From contig QCLK01000004.1 of assembly GCA_003214615.1 (NCBI GenBank), forward strand, positions 36,301 through 100,300: 64,000 nucleotides of DNA. The letters run 5' to 3'. How positions within the stretch are numbered: the stretch's first letter is position 1; each line of letters opens with the position of its first letter. Positions 56,324 to 64,000 of the stretch are shown here, piece after piece. The notes beneath the pieces are model-generated. The model made no database searches. It had not been told where the DNA came from and saw only the letters and a program-made list of their open reading frames with translations. A program made the translations under genes and the position numbers. Origin of the DNA: Pelagibacteraceae bacterium AG-414-E02 (GTDB taxonomy: Bacteria; Pseudomonadota; Alphaproteobacteria; Pelagibacterales; Pelagibacteraceae).

Positions 56324-56830
56324 ATGATAAAAAAAAATAGCTTTAAATACGAAGAATTAATTGATTGTGGTAATGGAAAATTATTTGGACCAGGAAACGC
56401 TAAGCTCCCTTTACCTCCAATGCTAATGTTCGATAGAATTACCAATATTCAAGATCTCAAGGGTAAATATAACAAGGGAATGATTGAAGCGGAACTTGAT
56501 ATAAAAGATAAAATGTGGTTTTTCGAATGTCATTTTAAAGAAGACCCTGTAATGCCTGGTTGTCTGGGATTAGATGCGATGTGGCAACTAGTAGGCTTTT
56601 TCTTGGGATGGAAGGGTGAGCCTGGTAAGGGGCGTGCGCTTGGAGTAAATTCAGTTAAATTTACTGGCGAAGTCCTTAAAAATGTCAAAATTGCCAAATA
56701 TCAGGTTGATATGAAAAAAATTTTGAAAAAAAAAGATGCTGTTGTAGGTTTAGCTGATGGAAAATTATTTTCGGACGACAAAGCAATATATGAAGCTGAA
56801 GGATTAAAAGTAGGACTATTTAAATCATGA
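56324..56830 (+). CDS. fabA: 3-hydroxydecanoyl-ACP dehydratase/isomerase
   Basis: 168 aa with [12 protein letters not shown] and [24 protein letters not shown]. Confidence 0.95.
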   Translation: MIKKNSFKYEELIDCGNGKLFGPGNAKLPLPPMLMFDRITNIQDLKGKYNKGMIEAELDIKDKMWFFECHFKEDPVMPGCLGLDAMWQLVGFFLGWKGEPGKGRALGVNSVKFTGEVLKNVKIAKYQVDMKKILKKKDAVVGLADGKLFSDDKAIYEAEGLKVGLFKS

Positions 56831-58044
56831 GAAGAGTAGTAATTACAGGTATTGGAATAGTTTCGTGTATAGGGAATAATAAAAAAGAAGTATTAGATTC
56901 ATTGCTAAACACAAAATCAGGAATAGTTTTTTCAGAAGAGCACAAAAAATACAATTTTAGAAGTCAAGTTGTTGGAAATATTAAAAATCTAAATTTATCT
57001 GAACACATCGATAGAAAGCAACTAAGATTTATGGGTGATGGTTCAGCTTATAACTTTATAGCTTTAAAAGAAGCTATAGATGGATCAGGTTTAGAAGAAA
57101 AAGATATAAGTAATGAAAAAACTGGAATTGTTATGGGGTCTGGAGGACCTTCAATAAAAAATGTTTATTTCGCTGTCGACACCATAAGAAAATCAGCTCC
57201 AAAAAGAATGGGTCCTTACATAGTACCTAGAACAATGGCAAGCACATGTTCGGCAACCCTTGCCGTTCCATATAAAATTAAAGGCGTGAATTATTCAATA
57301 AGCTCTGCATGTGCAACAAGTGGACATTGTATTGGAAATGGAATGGAACTTATTCAATACGGAAAACAAGATATAGTTTTTGTTGGAGGAGGAGAAGAGC
57401 TGGATTGGGCTCTTTCAGGAATGTTTGATGCTATGCCAGCTTTATCTTCAAAATATAACAATACACCAGAGGAAGCTTCTAGACCATACGATTCAGGTAG
57501 GGATGGATTTATTATTGCGGGAGGCGGAGGAGCTCTTATCTTGGAAGAATATGATCATGCTAAAGCTAGAGGAGCAAAAATTTATGCTGAATTAACTGGT
57601 TATGGGGCTACATCTGATGGACATGATATGGTCGCACCTTCTGGAGAAGGTGCAGTAAGGTGTATGAAAATGGCTTTAAAAACAAAAAGAAATGAAATTG
57701 ACTATATAAATACTCACGGTACGTCAACACCTGTCGGAGATATTACAGAATTAAATGCAATAAAAGAAACATTCCAAAATAAAATTCCCAAGATTAGCTC
57801 GACAAAATCTCTTACGGGACATCCTTTGGGCGCTGCTTCTGTGCATGAAGCAATTTATTCTCTAATAATGATGGAGAATAATTTTATAGCAGCTTCTGCA
57901 AATATAAAAAATATGGATGAAGGTGCTAAACCGTTTCCAATAGTCACTAAGGTAGAAAAAAATGTCTCATTAAATTCTGTTATGTCAAATAGTTTTGGTT
58001 TTGGCGGCACTAATTCAACCTTAGTTTTTGAAAAATTAAATTAA
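56827..58044 (+). CDS. fabB: beta-ketoacyl-ACP synthase I
   Basis: 405 aa with [17 protein letters not shown] (active Cys), HGTSTPVGD and SFGFGGTN. It is next to fabA. Confidence 0.9.
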   Translation: MRRVVITGIGIVSCIGNNKKEVLDSLLNTKSGIVFSEEHKKYNFRSQVVGNIKNLNLSEHIDRKQLRFMGDGSAYNFIALKEAIDGSGLEEKDISNEKTGIVMGSGGPSIKNVYFAVDTIRKSAPKRMGPYIVPRTMASTCSATLAVPYKIKGVNYSISSACATSGHCIGNGMELIQYGKQDIVFVGGGEELDWALSGMFDAMPALSSKYNNTPEEASRPYDSGRDGFIIAGGGGALILEEYDHAKARGAKIYAELTGYGATSDGHDMVAPSGEGAVRCMKMALKTKRNEIDYINTHGTSTPVGDITELNAIKETFQNKIPKISSTKSLTGHPLGAASVHEAIYSLIMMENNFIAASANIKNMDEGAKPFPIVTKVEKNVSLNSVMSNSFGFGGTNSTLVFEKLN

Positions 58045-58048
58045 AAAT

Positions 58049-58834
58049 ATGTCACTATTAAAAGGTAAAAAAGGATTAATAATGGGAGTAGCCAATGATA
58101 AATCCATTGCTTGGGGTATAGCAAAAAAATTATCAGAACAGGGTGCAGAATTAGCTTTCACTTATTTAGGCGATACATTAAAAAAAAGAGTCGTTCCTTT
58201 AGCTGAATCTATAAAGTCTAGTTATACTTTAAATTGTGATGTAGAAAAAAAAGAAGACATAATAAAAATATTCAACGATATTAAAAGCAAATGGGGAAAT
58301 TTAGATTTTGTAGTTCATGCAATTGCCTTTTCTGATAGATCTGAACTTTCAGGAGAATATCTTAATACCTCAAGGGAAAATTTTTTAAAAAGCATGTTAA
58401 TTTCTTGTTTTTCTTTTACGGAAATCGCAAAAGAGGCTTCAAAAATAATGGGTAAGGGATCGAGTATGCTCACTTTAACATATGAATCCTCTAAAGTAAT
58501 TCCAAATTACAATGTTATGGGAGTTTGTAAGGCTGCGTTAGAAAGTAGTGTAAAATATCTTGCAAGGGATTTAGGGCCAAAAGGAATAAGAGTAAATGCA
58601 ATTAGTGCTGGTCCTATTAAAACATTAGCGGCCTCTGCAATAGGAGATGCAAAATTTTTATACAAATGGAATGAAGACCACTCTTTATTAAAAAGAAATG
58701 TAGATATTAGCGATGTTGGAGGTTCCGCTTTGTATTTATTAAGTGATTTGGCTGCTGCAGTAACTGGTGAAATTCATTATGTTGATGCTGGTTATAACAA
58801 AGTAGGCATGCCAAATCCAAAAAACATAGTTTAA
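58049..58834 (+). CDS. fabI: enoyl-ACP reductase (NADH)
   Basis: 261 aa with GKKGLIMGVANDKSIAWGIA, the Y...K pair (YNVMGVCKAALE) and ISAGPIKTLAA. Confidence 0.9.
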   Translation: MSLLKGKKGLIMGVANDKSIAWGIAKKLSEQGAELAFTYLGDTLKKRVVPLAESIKSSYTLNCDVEKKEDIIKIFNDIKSKWGNLDFVVHAIAFSDRSELSGEYLNTSRENFLKSMLISCFSFTEIAKEASKIMGKGSSMLTLTYESSKVIPNYNVMGVCKAALESSVKYLARDLGPKGIRVNAISAGPIKTLAASAIGDAKFLYKWNEDHSLLKRNVDISDVGGSALYLLSDLAAAVTGEIHYVDAGYNKVGMPNPKNIV

Positions 58835-58842
58835 TTATTTTT

Positions 58843-58861
58843 GATAATGATTATCATTAAA
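58843..58861 (+). promoter_or_regulatory. Fur-box-like operator
   Basis: GATAATGATTATCATTAAA matches the 19-bp E. coli-type Fur consensus GATAATGATAATCATTATC at 16/19, and its core AATGAT-T-ATCATT is a perfect inverted repeat. It overlaps a promoter-like TTGATA(58841-46)-N17-CTAAAT(58864-69), 40 nt upstream of ORF 58901. Confidence 0.5.
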
Positions 58862-58900
58862 AGCTAAATTGCTTGAATTTTTTTTTTAAATTATTAAATT

Positions 58901-59086
58901 ATGATTATGCAAACACAAACTTATAACTGTAAAAAATGTGGTTTAACTTTAGCGTCAACTTGCTCTAAGTGCGATAAAGTAGTTGATGTAAAAGTACTTG
59001 ATGATGGTTGTTTAGTTCAGATTACTAAATGCGGTGACTGCGCTAACGTTCCAGTGATAAAAGATATTTGTGCTAGCAAAAAATAA
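58901..59086 (+). CDS. small cysteine-rich protein (61 aa, 8 Cys; putative metal-binding, unknown family)
   Basis: MIMQTQTYNCKKCGLTLASTCSKCDKVVDVKVLDDGCLVQITKCGDCANVPVIKDICASKK has CxxC at 10/13, 21/24 and 44/47, plus C37 and C57. It fills the fabI-pnp gap exactly, its stop abutting the convergent pnp stop. There is no obvious SD, and coding status is unverified. Confidence 0.5.
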   Translation: MIMQTQTYNCKKCGLTLASTCSKCDKVVDVKVLDDGCLVQITKCGDCANVPVIKDICASKK

Positions 59087-61156
59087 TTAGCTAGCTTCTT
59101 TAATTGAAAGTTTAACTTTACCTCTATCAAATCCTATAACTTTTACAGAGACTTCATCACCTTCTTTTACAACATCTGATACTTTAGCAACTCTTTTTCC
59201 GGCAAGTTGTGATATATGGACTAAGCCATCTTGTTTTCCTAAAAAATTTACGAAAGCTCCAAACTCCATTATTTTAACAACTTTACCCTTATAGATTTTT
59301 CCCATTTCTGGTTTTGCTATAATATTTTTTACCATTTCCATTGCTTTTTTTCTGGAATCTTCATCTGGAGCAGCAATAGTAACTTCTCCGGTGTCTTTAA
59401 CATCTACCTTGGCTCCGGATAATTCTACAATTTCTCTAATTGTGGCCCCTCCTTTTCCTATAACTGCAGCTATATCTTTTTTATCAACCTTTACAGTTTC
59501 AATTTTAGGAGTGTACTTAGACACCTCTTTTCTTGAAGATTTAATAGCCTTATTCATTTCTTCCAAAATATGTCCTCTACCTTCTTTGGCTTGTTTTAAT
59601 GCCTGCTCCATGATTTCAAAAGTTATTCCGGTAATTTTTATATCCATTTGCAATGATGTAATTCCACTTTTTGTACCTGCAACTTTAAAATCCATATCTC
59701 CGAGGTGGTCTTCATCACCCAGGATATCTGATAAAACTGAAAATTCTTTTTTCTCTTTTATTAAACCCATCGCTATACCAGCTACTGGCTCAGCTATTGG
59801 AACGGCCGCATCCATAAGCGCTAAGGATGCTCCGCAAACAGTAGCCATTGATGAAGAGCCATTTGACTCTGTTATCTCTGAAACTATTCTTAAGGTATAA
59901 GGAAATTTTTCTTTTTCGGGCAGCGATGAATTTAAAGCTCTCCACGCTAATTTTCCGTGTCCTACTTCCCTTCTACCTGTGCCTATTCTTCCAGTTTCAC
60001 CAACGGAAAAGGGAGGAAAATTATAATGTAACATAAATCTTACTCTTTTTTGTCCTTCTAAACTTTCTATTCTTTGTTCATCTTCTGTCGTTCCCAGTGT
60101 TGTAGTGACTAATGCTTGGGTTTCACCTCTAGTAAATAGCGCCGATCCATGAGTTCTTGGTAATACACCTACCTCGCATTTAATAGATCTCACATCAGAT
60201 AAACCTCGACCATCTATTCTTTTTTTAGTTTTAAGTATTTTTGTTCTTACGATATCTTTTTCTAAGTTTTTTAATTGCAACAATATTTCAAGTTCGGAAT
60301 ATGTTTCATCTCCTTCAAATAAAGATTTGCATTTTTCAGTTGCTAAATTAACCAAATCTGATCTTTTTTTCTTATCTTTTTCAGAGAATGCTTTTTCTAA
60401 ATCTTTTGTTAACTCTTTGGAAATTTTATCTTTTAATTTACTATAATCTTTCTTCTCTATTTTCCATTCTTCTCTTGAAGATTTTTTTTTAAGATTTTCT
60501 ATTGCCTTAATTACTGGAGCAAATTTTTCGTGACCAAACTTAACAGCATCTAGCATTTGTTTTTCGGTAAGTCCCGACGCTTCTGACTCAACCATTAAAA
60601 CCGCATCCTTTGTTCCGGCAACAACCAAATCTAACTTTGATTCTTTTAATTGTTCTTTTGATGGATTTAAAACGTATTTATCATTTATGTAACCAACCCT
60701 AGAAGCTGCTATAGGACCTTTAAATGGCAATCCTGAAATTGACAAAGCTGCTGACGATGCAATGATTGAAAGTACGTCAGCTTCATTTTCATTATCATAA
60801 GAAAGCACTGTTGGTAAAATTTGAACTTCGTTTCTAAATCCTTCTGGAAATAAAGGACGGATAGGTCTATCTATCAATCTTGAAATTAATGTTTCGGATT
60901 CGGTTGGTCTTGCTTCTCTTTTAAAATAACCACCTGGTATTTTTCCTGCTGCATAATATTTTTCTTGGTAGTTTACTGATAAAGGAAAATAATCTATTTC
61001 TTCATTAACTTTTTTTGCTCCTACAACAGTAGAAATGACGACCGTTTCGCCGCAAGTTGCAATTATAGCTCCATCTGCTTGTCGCGCTATCTTGCCTGTT
61101 TCGAGTGTTATTTTTTTGCCGTCTAATTCAATTTCTTCTTTGTGTATTTTAAACAT
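59087..61156 (-). CDS. pnp: polyribonucleotide nucleotidyltransferase (PNPase)
   Basis: 689 aa with two RNase PH domains, KH ([11 protein letters not shown]) and S1 ([13 protein letters not shown]). Confidence 0.95.
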   Translation of the reverse strand: MFKIHKEEIELDGKKITLETGKIARQADGAIIATCGETVVISTVVGAKKVNEEIDYFPLSVNYQEKYYAAGKIPGGYFKREARPTESETLISRLIDRPIRPLFPEGFRNEVQILPTVLSYDNENEADVLSIIASSAALSISGLPFKGPIAASRVGYINDKYVLNPSKEQLKESKLDLVVAGTKDAVLMVESEASGLTEKQMLDAVKFGHEKFAPVIKAIENLKKKSSREEWKIEKKDYSKLKDKISKELTKDLEKAFSEKDKKKRSDLVNLATEKCKSLFEGDETYSELEILLQLKNLEKDIVRTKILKTKKRIDGRGLSDVRSIKCEVGVLPRTHGSALFTRGETQALVTTTLGTTEDEQRIESLEGQKRVRFMLHYNFPPFSVGETGRIGTGRREVGHGKLAWRALNSSLPEKEKFPYTLRIVSEITESNGSSSMATVCGASLALMDAAVPIAEPVAGIAMGLIKEKKEFSVLSDILGDEDHLGDMDFKVAGTKSGITSLQMDIKITGITFEIMEQALKQAKEGRGHILEEMNKAIKSSRKEVSKYTPKIETVKVDKKDIAAVIGKGGATIREIVELSGAKVDVKDTGEVTIAAPDEDSRKKAMEMVKNIIAKPEMGKIYKGKVVKIMEFGAFVNFLGKQDGLVHISQLAGKRVAKVSDVVKEGDEVSVKVIGFDRGKVKLSIKEAS

Positions 61157-61417
61157 TTATTTTCTTAAGTTTAGTTTAGTTAATATTTTTGCATAAGAAT
61201 CTGGATTATTTCTTTTAAGATATTCTAATAAACGCTTTCTTCTATTTACCGCTTTTAATAATCCTTGAGTAGAATGCTTATCATTTTTATTTTTTTGAAA
61301 ATGATCAGATAAATTATTTATTTTATCACTCAACAATCCTATCTGAATTTCAGAAGATCCCACATCTTTTGAGTTAATTTTTAAAGTTTTAATTGTGTCT
61401 TTTTTCGGTTTAAGCAT
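61157..61417 (-). CDS. rpsO: 30S ribosomal protein S15
   Basis: 86 aa with ...GSSEIQIGLLSDKINNLSDHFQKNKNDKHSTQGLLKAVNRRKRLLEYLK. Confidence 0.95.
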   Translation of the reverse strand: MLKPKKDTIKTLKINSKDVGSSEIQIGLLSDKINNLSDHFQKNKNDKHSTQGLLKAVNRRKRLLEYLKRNNPDSYAKILTKLNLRK

Positions 61418-61418
61418 A

Positions 61419-61787
61419 TTATTTATTTTCTTGTATTAACCTTTCAATTTTTTCTGCATAATCAAAAGATTTATCATGCACAAAAGAAACCCTAGGTAAA
61501 AATTTCATATCAATTTTTTTTGATAAAGCCTTCCTCACAAGATAAGAAAATTTCGTAAGAATATCTATTGTTTTTTCTGAATCTTTTCCTCCAAGCGGGA
61601 TGATATAAGCCCTAGCATTTTTAAGGTCTGGACTCATTCTTACCTCAGTTACTGTAATATTTCTAGTCTCAAGGGTAGGAACTTTTGCTTCCTCTCTCAA
61701 AAAAATTTGCCCTAAAGATTGCTTTATTAATTCACCAACTCTTAATTGTCTTTGTGAAAAAGCGAAATTATTAGTTTGTCTTGTCAT
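61419..61787 (-). CDS. rbfA: ribosome-binding factor A
   Basis: 122 aa with RQLRVGELIKQSL...ITVTEVRMSPDLKNARAY, downstream of infB. Confidence 0.9.
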   Translation of the reverse strand: MTRQTNNFAFSQRQLRVGELIKQSLGQIFLREEAKVPTLETRNITVTEVRMSPDLKNARAYIIPLGGKDSEKTIDILTKFSYLVRKALSKKIDMKFLPRVSFVHDKSFDYAEKIERLIQENK

Positions 61788-64000
61788 TAAATTCTTCTTT
61801 CTGTTTCTATAACTTTATAGGCTTCTATTACATCTTTTTCTTTAAAATCTGTAAAATCTTTAAGGGTTATACCACACTCTAAACCAGCAGAGACTTGCTT
61901 TGCTGCATTTTTCTCTCTAAAAATGCTTCCTATTGATCCAGTATATAATACATTTCCGTCGCGTATCAACCTTGCATTAGAATTATTAAAAATTTCTCCA
62001 TCTATTACTTTGGATCCAGCAACTTTACCAACTTTTGAAACTTTAAAAATTGCCTGGACTTCTGCCGAACCAACTATTTCTTCTTTAATATCTGGTTTTA
62101 ATAAGCCTGACAATGAATCATTTACAAAATCTAAGACTTCATAAATTATATTAAAAAATTTAATAGTAACTTTATAATTTTCCGCAAGTTTTTTAGCCTC
62201 TTTATTAGGTCTAACATTAAAACCGATGAGAATAGCCTTAGAAGCTTTTGCTAAAGTTACGTCAGTTTCTGTAATTACACCAATATTAGATAAGATTATC
62301 TTTGGTGCAACTTCATCATTTTTTATTTTTTCTATAGCATTTTTTAATGCTTCACTTGAACCATGAACGTCAGATTTAATAATTATAGGCAATTCATTTA
62401 TTGTTGAATTTTCGCTAAATGCAGATTCTCTATTTACTGAAATAAGTGGTGCTTGTTTTGATTTACTGTGTTCAATTCGGTAATCATTTATTTCTTTAGC
62501 TTTTTCTTCAGATTCCACTACCACAAAATCATCACCAGCAAATGCTGATTTGTTCATACCCAAAATTTCTACTGGGGTTGATGGAATCGCTGATTCAATA
62601 TTTTTTCCTTCATCATTTATCATTGCCCTTATTTTTCCCCAAGTATCACCACTAACAAAATAATTACCTTTTTTTAAAGTTCCGTTTGTTACAAGAACAG
62701 TCGATACAGTTCCCTTACCCTTGTCAATTCTTGATTCTAAAATTACCCCCACTGCACTAGATTCGTAATCAGCTTTTAGATCTAAAAGATCTGTTTGCAA
62801 AATAATATTTTCTTTTAGCTTATCCAAATTTTTTCCTTTAGTAGCTGATACCTCTGCAAATAAAGTATCTCCGCTTAATTCTTCGGCAATAAGTTCATAT
62901 TGCAAAAGTTCATTTTTTACTTTTTGAGGGTTTGCTCCAGGTAAATCACATTTATTAATTGCAACAATGATTGGAACTTTTGCTGCTTTCGCATGGTTTA
63001 TTGCTTCTATTGTCTGTGGTTTTACTCCATCATCTGCAGCTACTACCAACACTACAATATCTGTAATCTTTGAACCTCTCGCCCTCATCTCAGTAAAAGC
63101 AGCATGACCAGGAGTATCTATAAATGTTATCTCTTTACCTTCTTCTGTTTTTATTTTGTAAGCACCTATATGTTGAGTTATTCCTCCATGTTCTTGACTA
63201 ACAACGTTAGTTTTTCTTAAAGAATCTAATAACGAAGTTTTTCCATGATCTACATGTCCCATAACTGTTACTATTGGAGCTCTGATTTTTAAATTTTTAT
63301 TTAGTTGATTATCAAATTTCTTAACATTTAAGTCTGGTTTCTTTTCTCTAATTGGAATATTGCCAAATTCTTTTACAAGATATTCAGCCGTATCAGCATC
63401 TATTGTATGGTTAATTGTTGCAACTACTCCCATACCCAACAGATGTTTGATAATTGCGCTTGCTTGCATAGCCATCCTATTTGAAAGCTCTTTAATTGTA
63501 ATTTTGTCAGGAATATTTACTTCATGAACTATTTTCTTAGTTTCTATTTTTTTAGTTTCGGCATTTTGATTTTGTTTTTCTTTAAGTCTTGCTCTTCTCA
63601 CCGAAGCTAAACTTCTTCCTTTACCTTCTAAAGCATCGTCATCCAATGCTTTTGATAAAGTTAATTTATATTCCCTTTTAGAAACAGAGCCTTTAGTTTT
63701 CGCTAAAGTGCTTCTTTTTAAATTTGCTGTGTCTTCTTTCTCAGGGCTTCTGAATCTTTTTTTTGCCCTTTCTTCAGCTTTTTTTCTAATTTCAAAATTT
63801 CTATTTGGGGTAATATCATTTGAAGAAATTTTGCCTGATCGAAATGGTTCTTTTTTGGCTCCTAGTGATTGCTGGCTCGCATTATCATTTCTGCCATAAA
63901 ATCTTCTATCACTTTTTTTGCCAGATATTTTTTTCTCTATAACAAATGATTTTTTTTGACTTCCTCCAGTATAACTTGGAGCTCTATATGGTTTTTTTGA
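61787..64000 (-). CDS. infB: translation initiation factor IF-2 (5' end beyond window)
   Basis: G domain [19 protein letters not shown] and NKCD. My hand translation shows the frame stays open from 63646 to 64000 (...[17 protein letters not shown]...[19 protein letters not shown]). The track start at 63646 is therefore an internal TTG (Leu) and the true N-terminus lies outside the window. Confidence 0.95.
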   Translation of the reverse strand, partial: SKKPYRAPSYTGGSQKKSFVIEKKISGKKSDRRFYGRNDNASQQSLGAKKEPFRSGKISSNDITPNRNFEIRKKAEERAKKRFRSPEKEDTANLKRSTLAKTKGSVSKREYKLTLSKALDDDALEGKGRSLASVRRARLKEKQNQNAETKKIETKKIVHEVNIPDKITIKELSNRMAMQASAIIKHLLGMGVVATINHTIDADTAEYLVKEFGNIPIREKKPDLNVKKFDNQLNKNLKIRAPIVTVMGHVDHGKTSLLDSLRKTNVVSQEHGGITQHIGAYKIKTEEGKEITFIDTPGHAAFTEMRARGSKITDIVVLVVAADDGVKPQTIEAINHAKAAKVPIIVAINKCDLPGANPQKVKNELLQYELIAEELSGDTLFAEVSATKGKNLDKLKENIILQTDLLDLKADYESSAVGVILESRIDKGKGTVSTVLVTNGTLKKGNYFVSGDTWGKIRAMINDEGKNIESAIPSTPVEILGMNKSAFAGDDFVVVESEEKAKEINDYRIEHSKSKQAPLISVNRESAFSENSTINELPIIIKSDVHGSSEALKNAIEKIKNDEVAPKIILSNIGVITETDVTLAKASKAILIGFNVRPNKEAKKLAENYKVTIKFFNIIYEVLDFVNDSLSGLLKPDIKEEIVGSAEVQAIFKVSKVGKVAGSKVIDGEIFNNSNARLIRDGNVLYTGSIGSIFREKNAAKQVSAGLECGITLKDFTDFKEKDVIEAYKVIETERRI

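Noticed and set aside
57380-57595. 71-aa same-strand alternative-frame ORF inside fabB (and the similar 42693-42908 inside gyrB)
   Set aside because: Both are embedded in highly conserved coding sequence, with no independent start context or motifs.
59391-59900. 169-aa plus-strand ORF
   Set aside because: It is entirely antisense to pnp and low-complexity (Ser/Ile/Phe-rich). This is a typical shadow ORF.

Overview
This is an AT-rich (about 30% GC by eye), very gene-dense alphaproteobacterial chromosome segment. Intergenic spacers are near zero and many start/stop codons overlap. The synteny (tlpA-argH-lysA, irr-fabA-fabB-fabI, chvI-chvG-ahcY, regA/regB, atpHAGDC, infB-rbfA-rpsO-pnp) and composition fit a streamlined SAR11/Pelagibacterales-type genome; that assignment is inference, since no search was possible. 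I support about 66 protein genes (almost all core housekeeping), 2 tRNAs, 1 frameshifted transporter gene, 1 riboswitch-like leader with a terminator, and a few operator- or promoter-like sites. The window contains dnaA-dnaN-gyrB and, upstream of dnaA, its largest spacer (331 bp, with repeats). I saw no CRISPR array, IS element, integrase, prophage or recognisable defence island, so I cannot point to a clear new multi-gene system. The items most worth a second look are: (1) a 61-aa, 8-cysteine ORF behind a near-consensus Fur box between fabI and pnp; (2) a SAM-II-like metX leader wired to an explicit terminator/antiterminator; (3) an Irr-box-like operator between irr and katG; (4) a very low-GC methyltransferase gene between two co-oriented tRNA genes; (5) a BASS transporter gene broken in an A9 run, whose corrected frame ends inside a tRNA; (6) an ODC / deoxyhypusine-synthase-like / ureohydrolase operon splitting regA from regB; (7) a compact GyrB lacking the proteobacterial insertion; and (8) 36-bp direct repeats upstream of dnaA. 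All family calls come from motif recognition by eye and from synteny.
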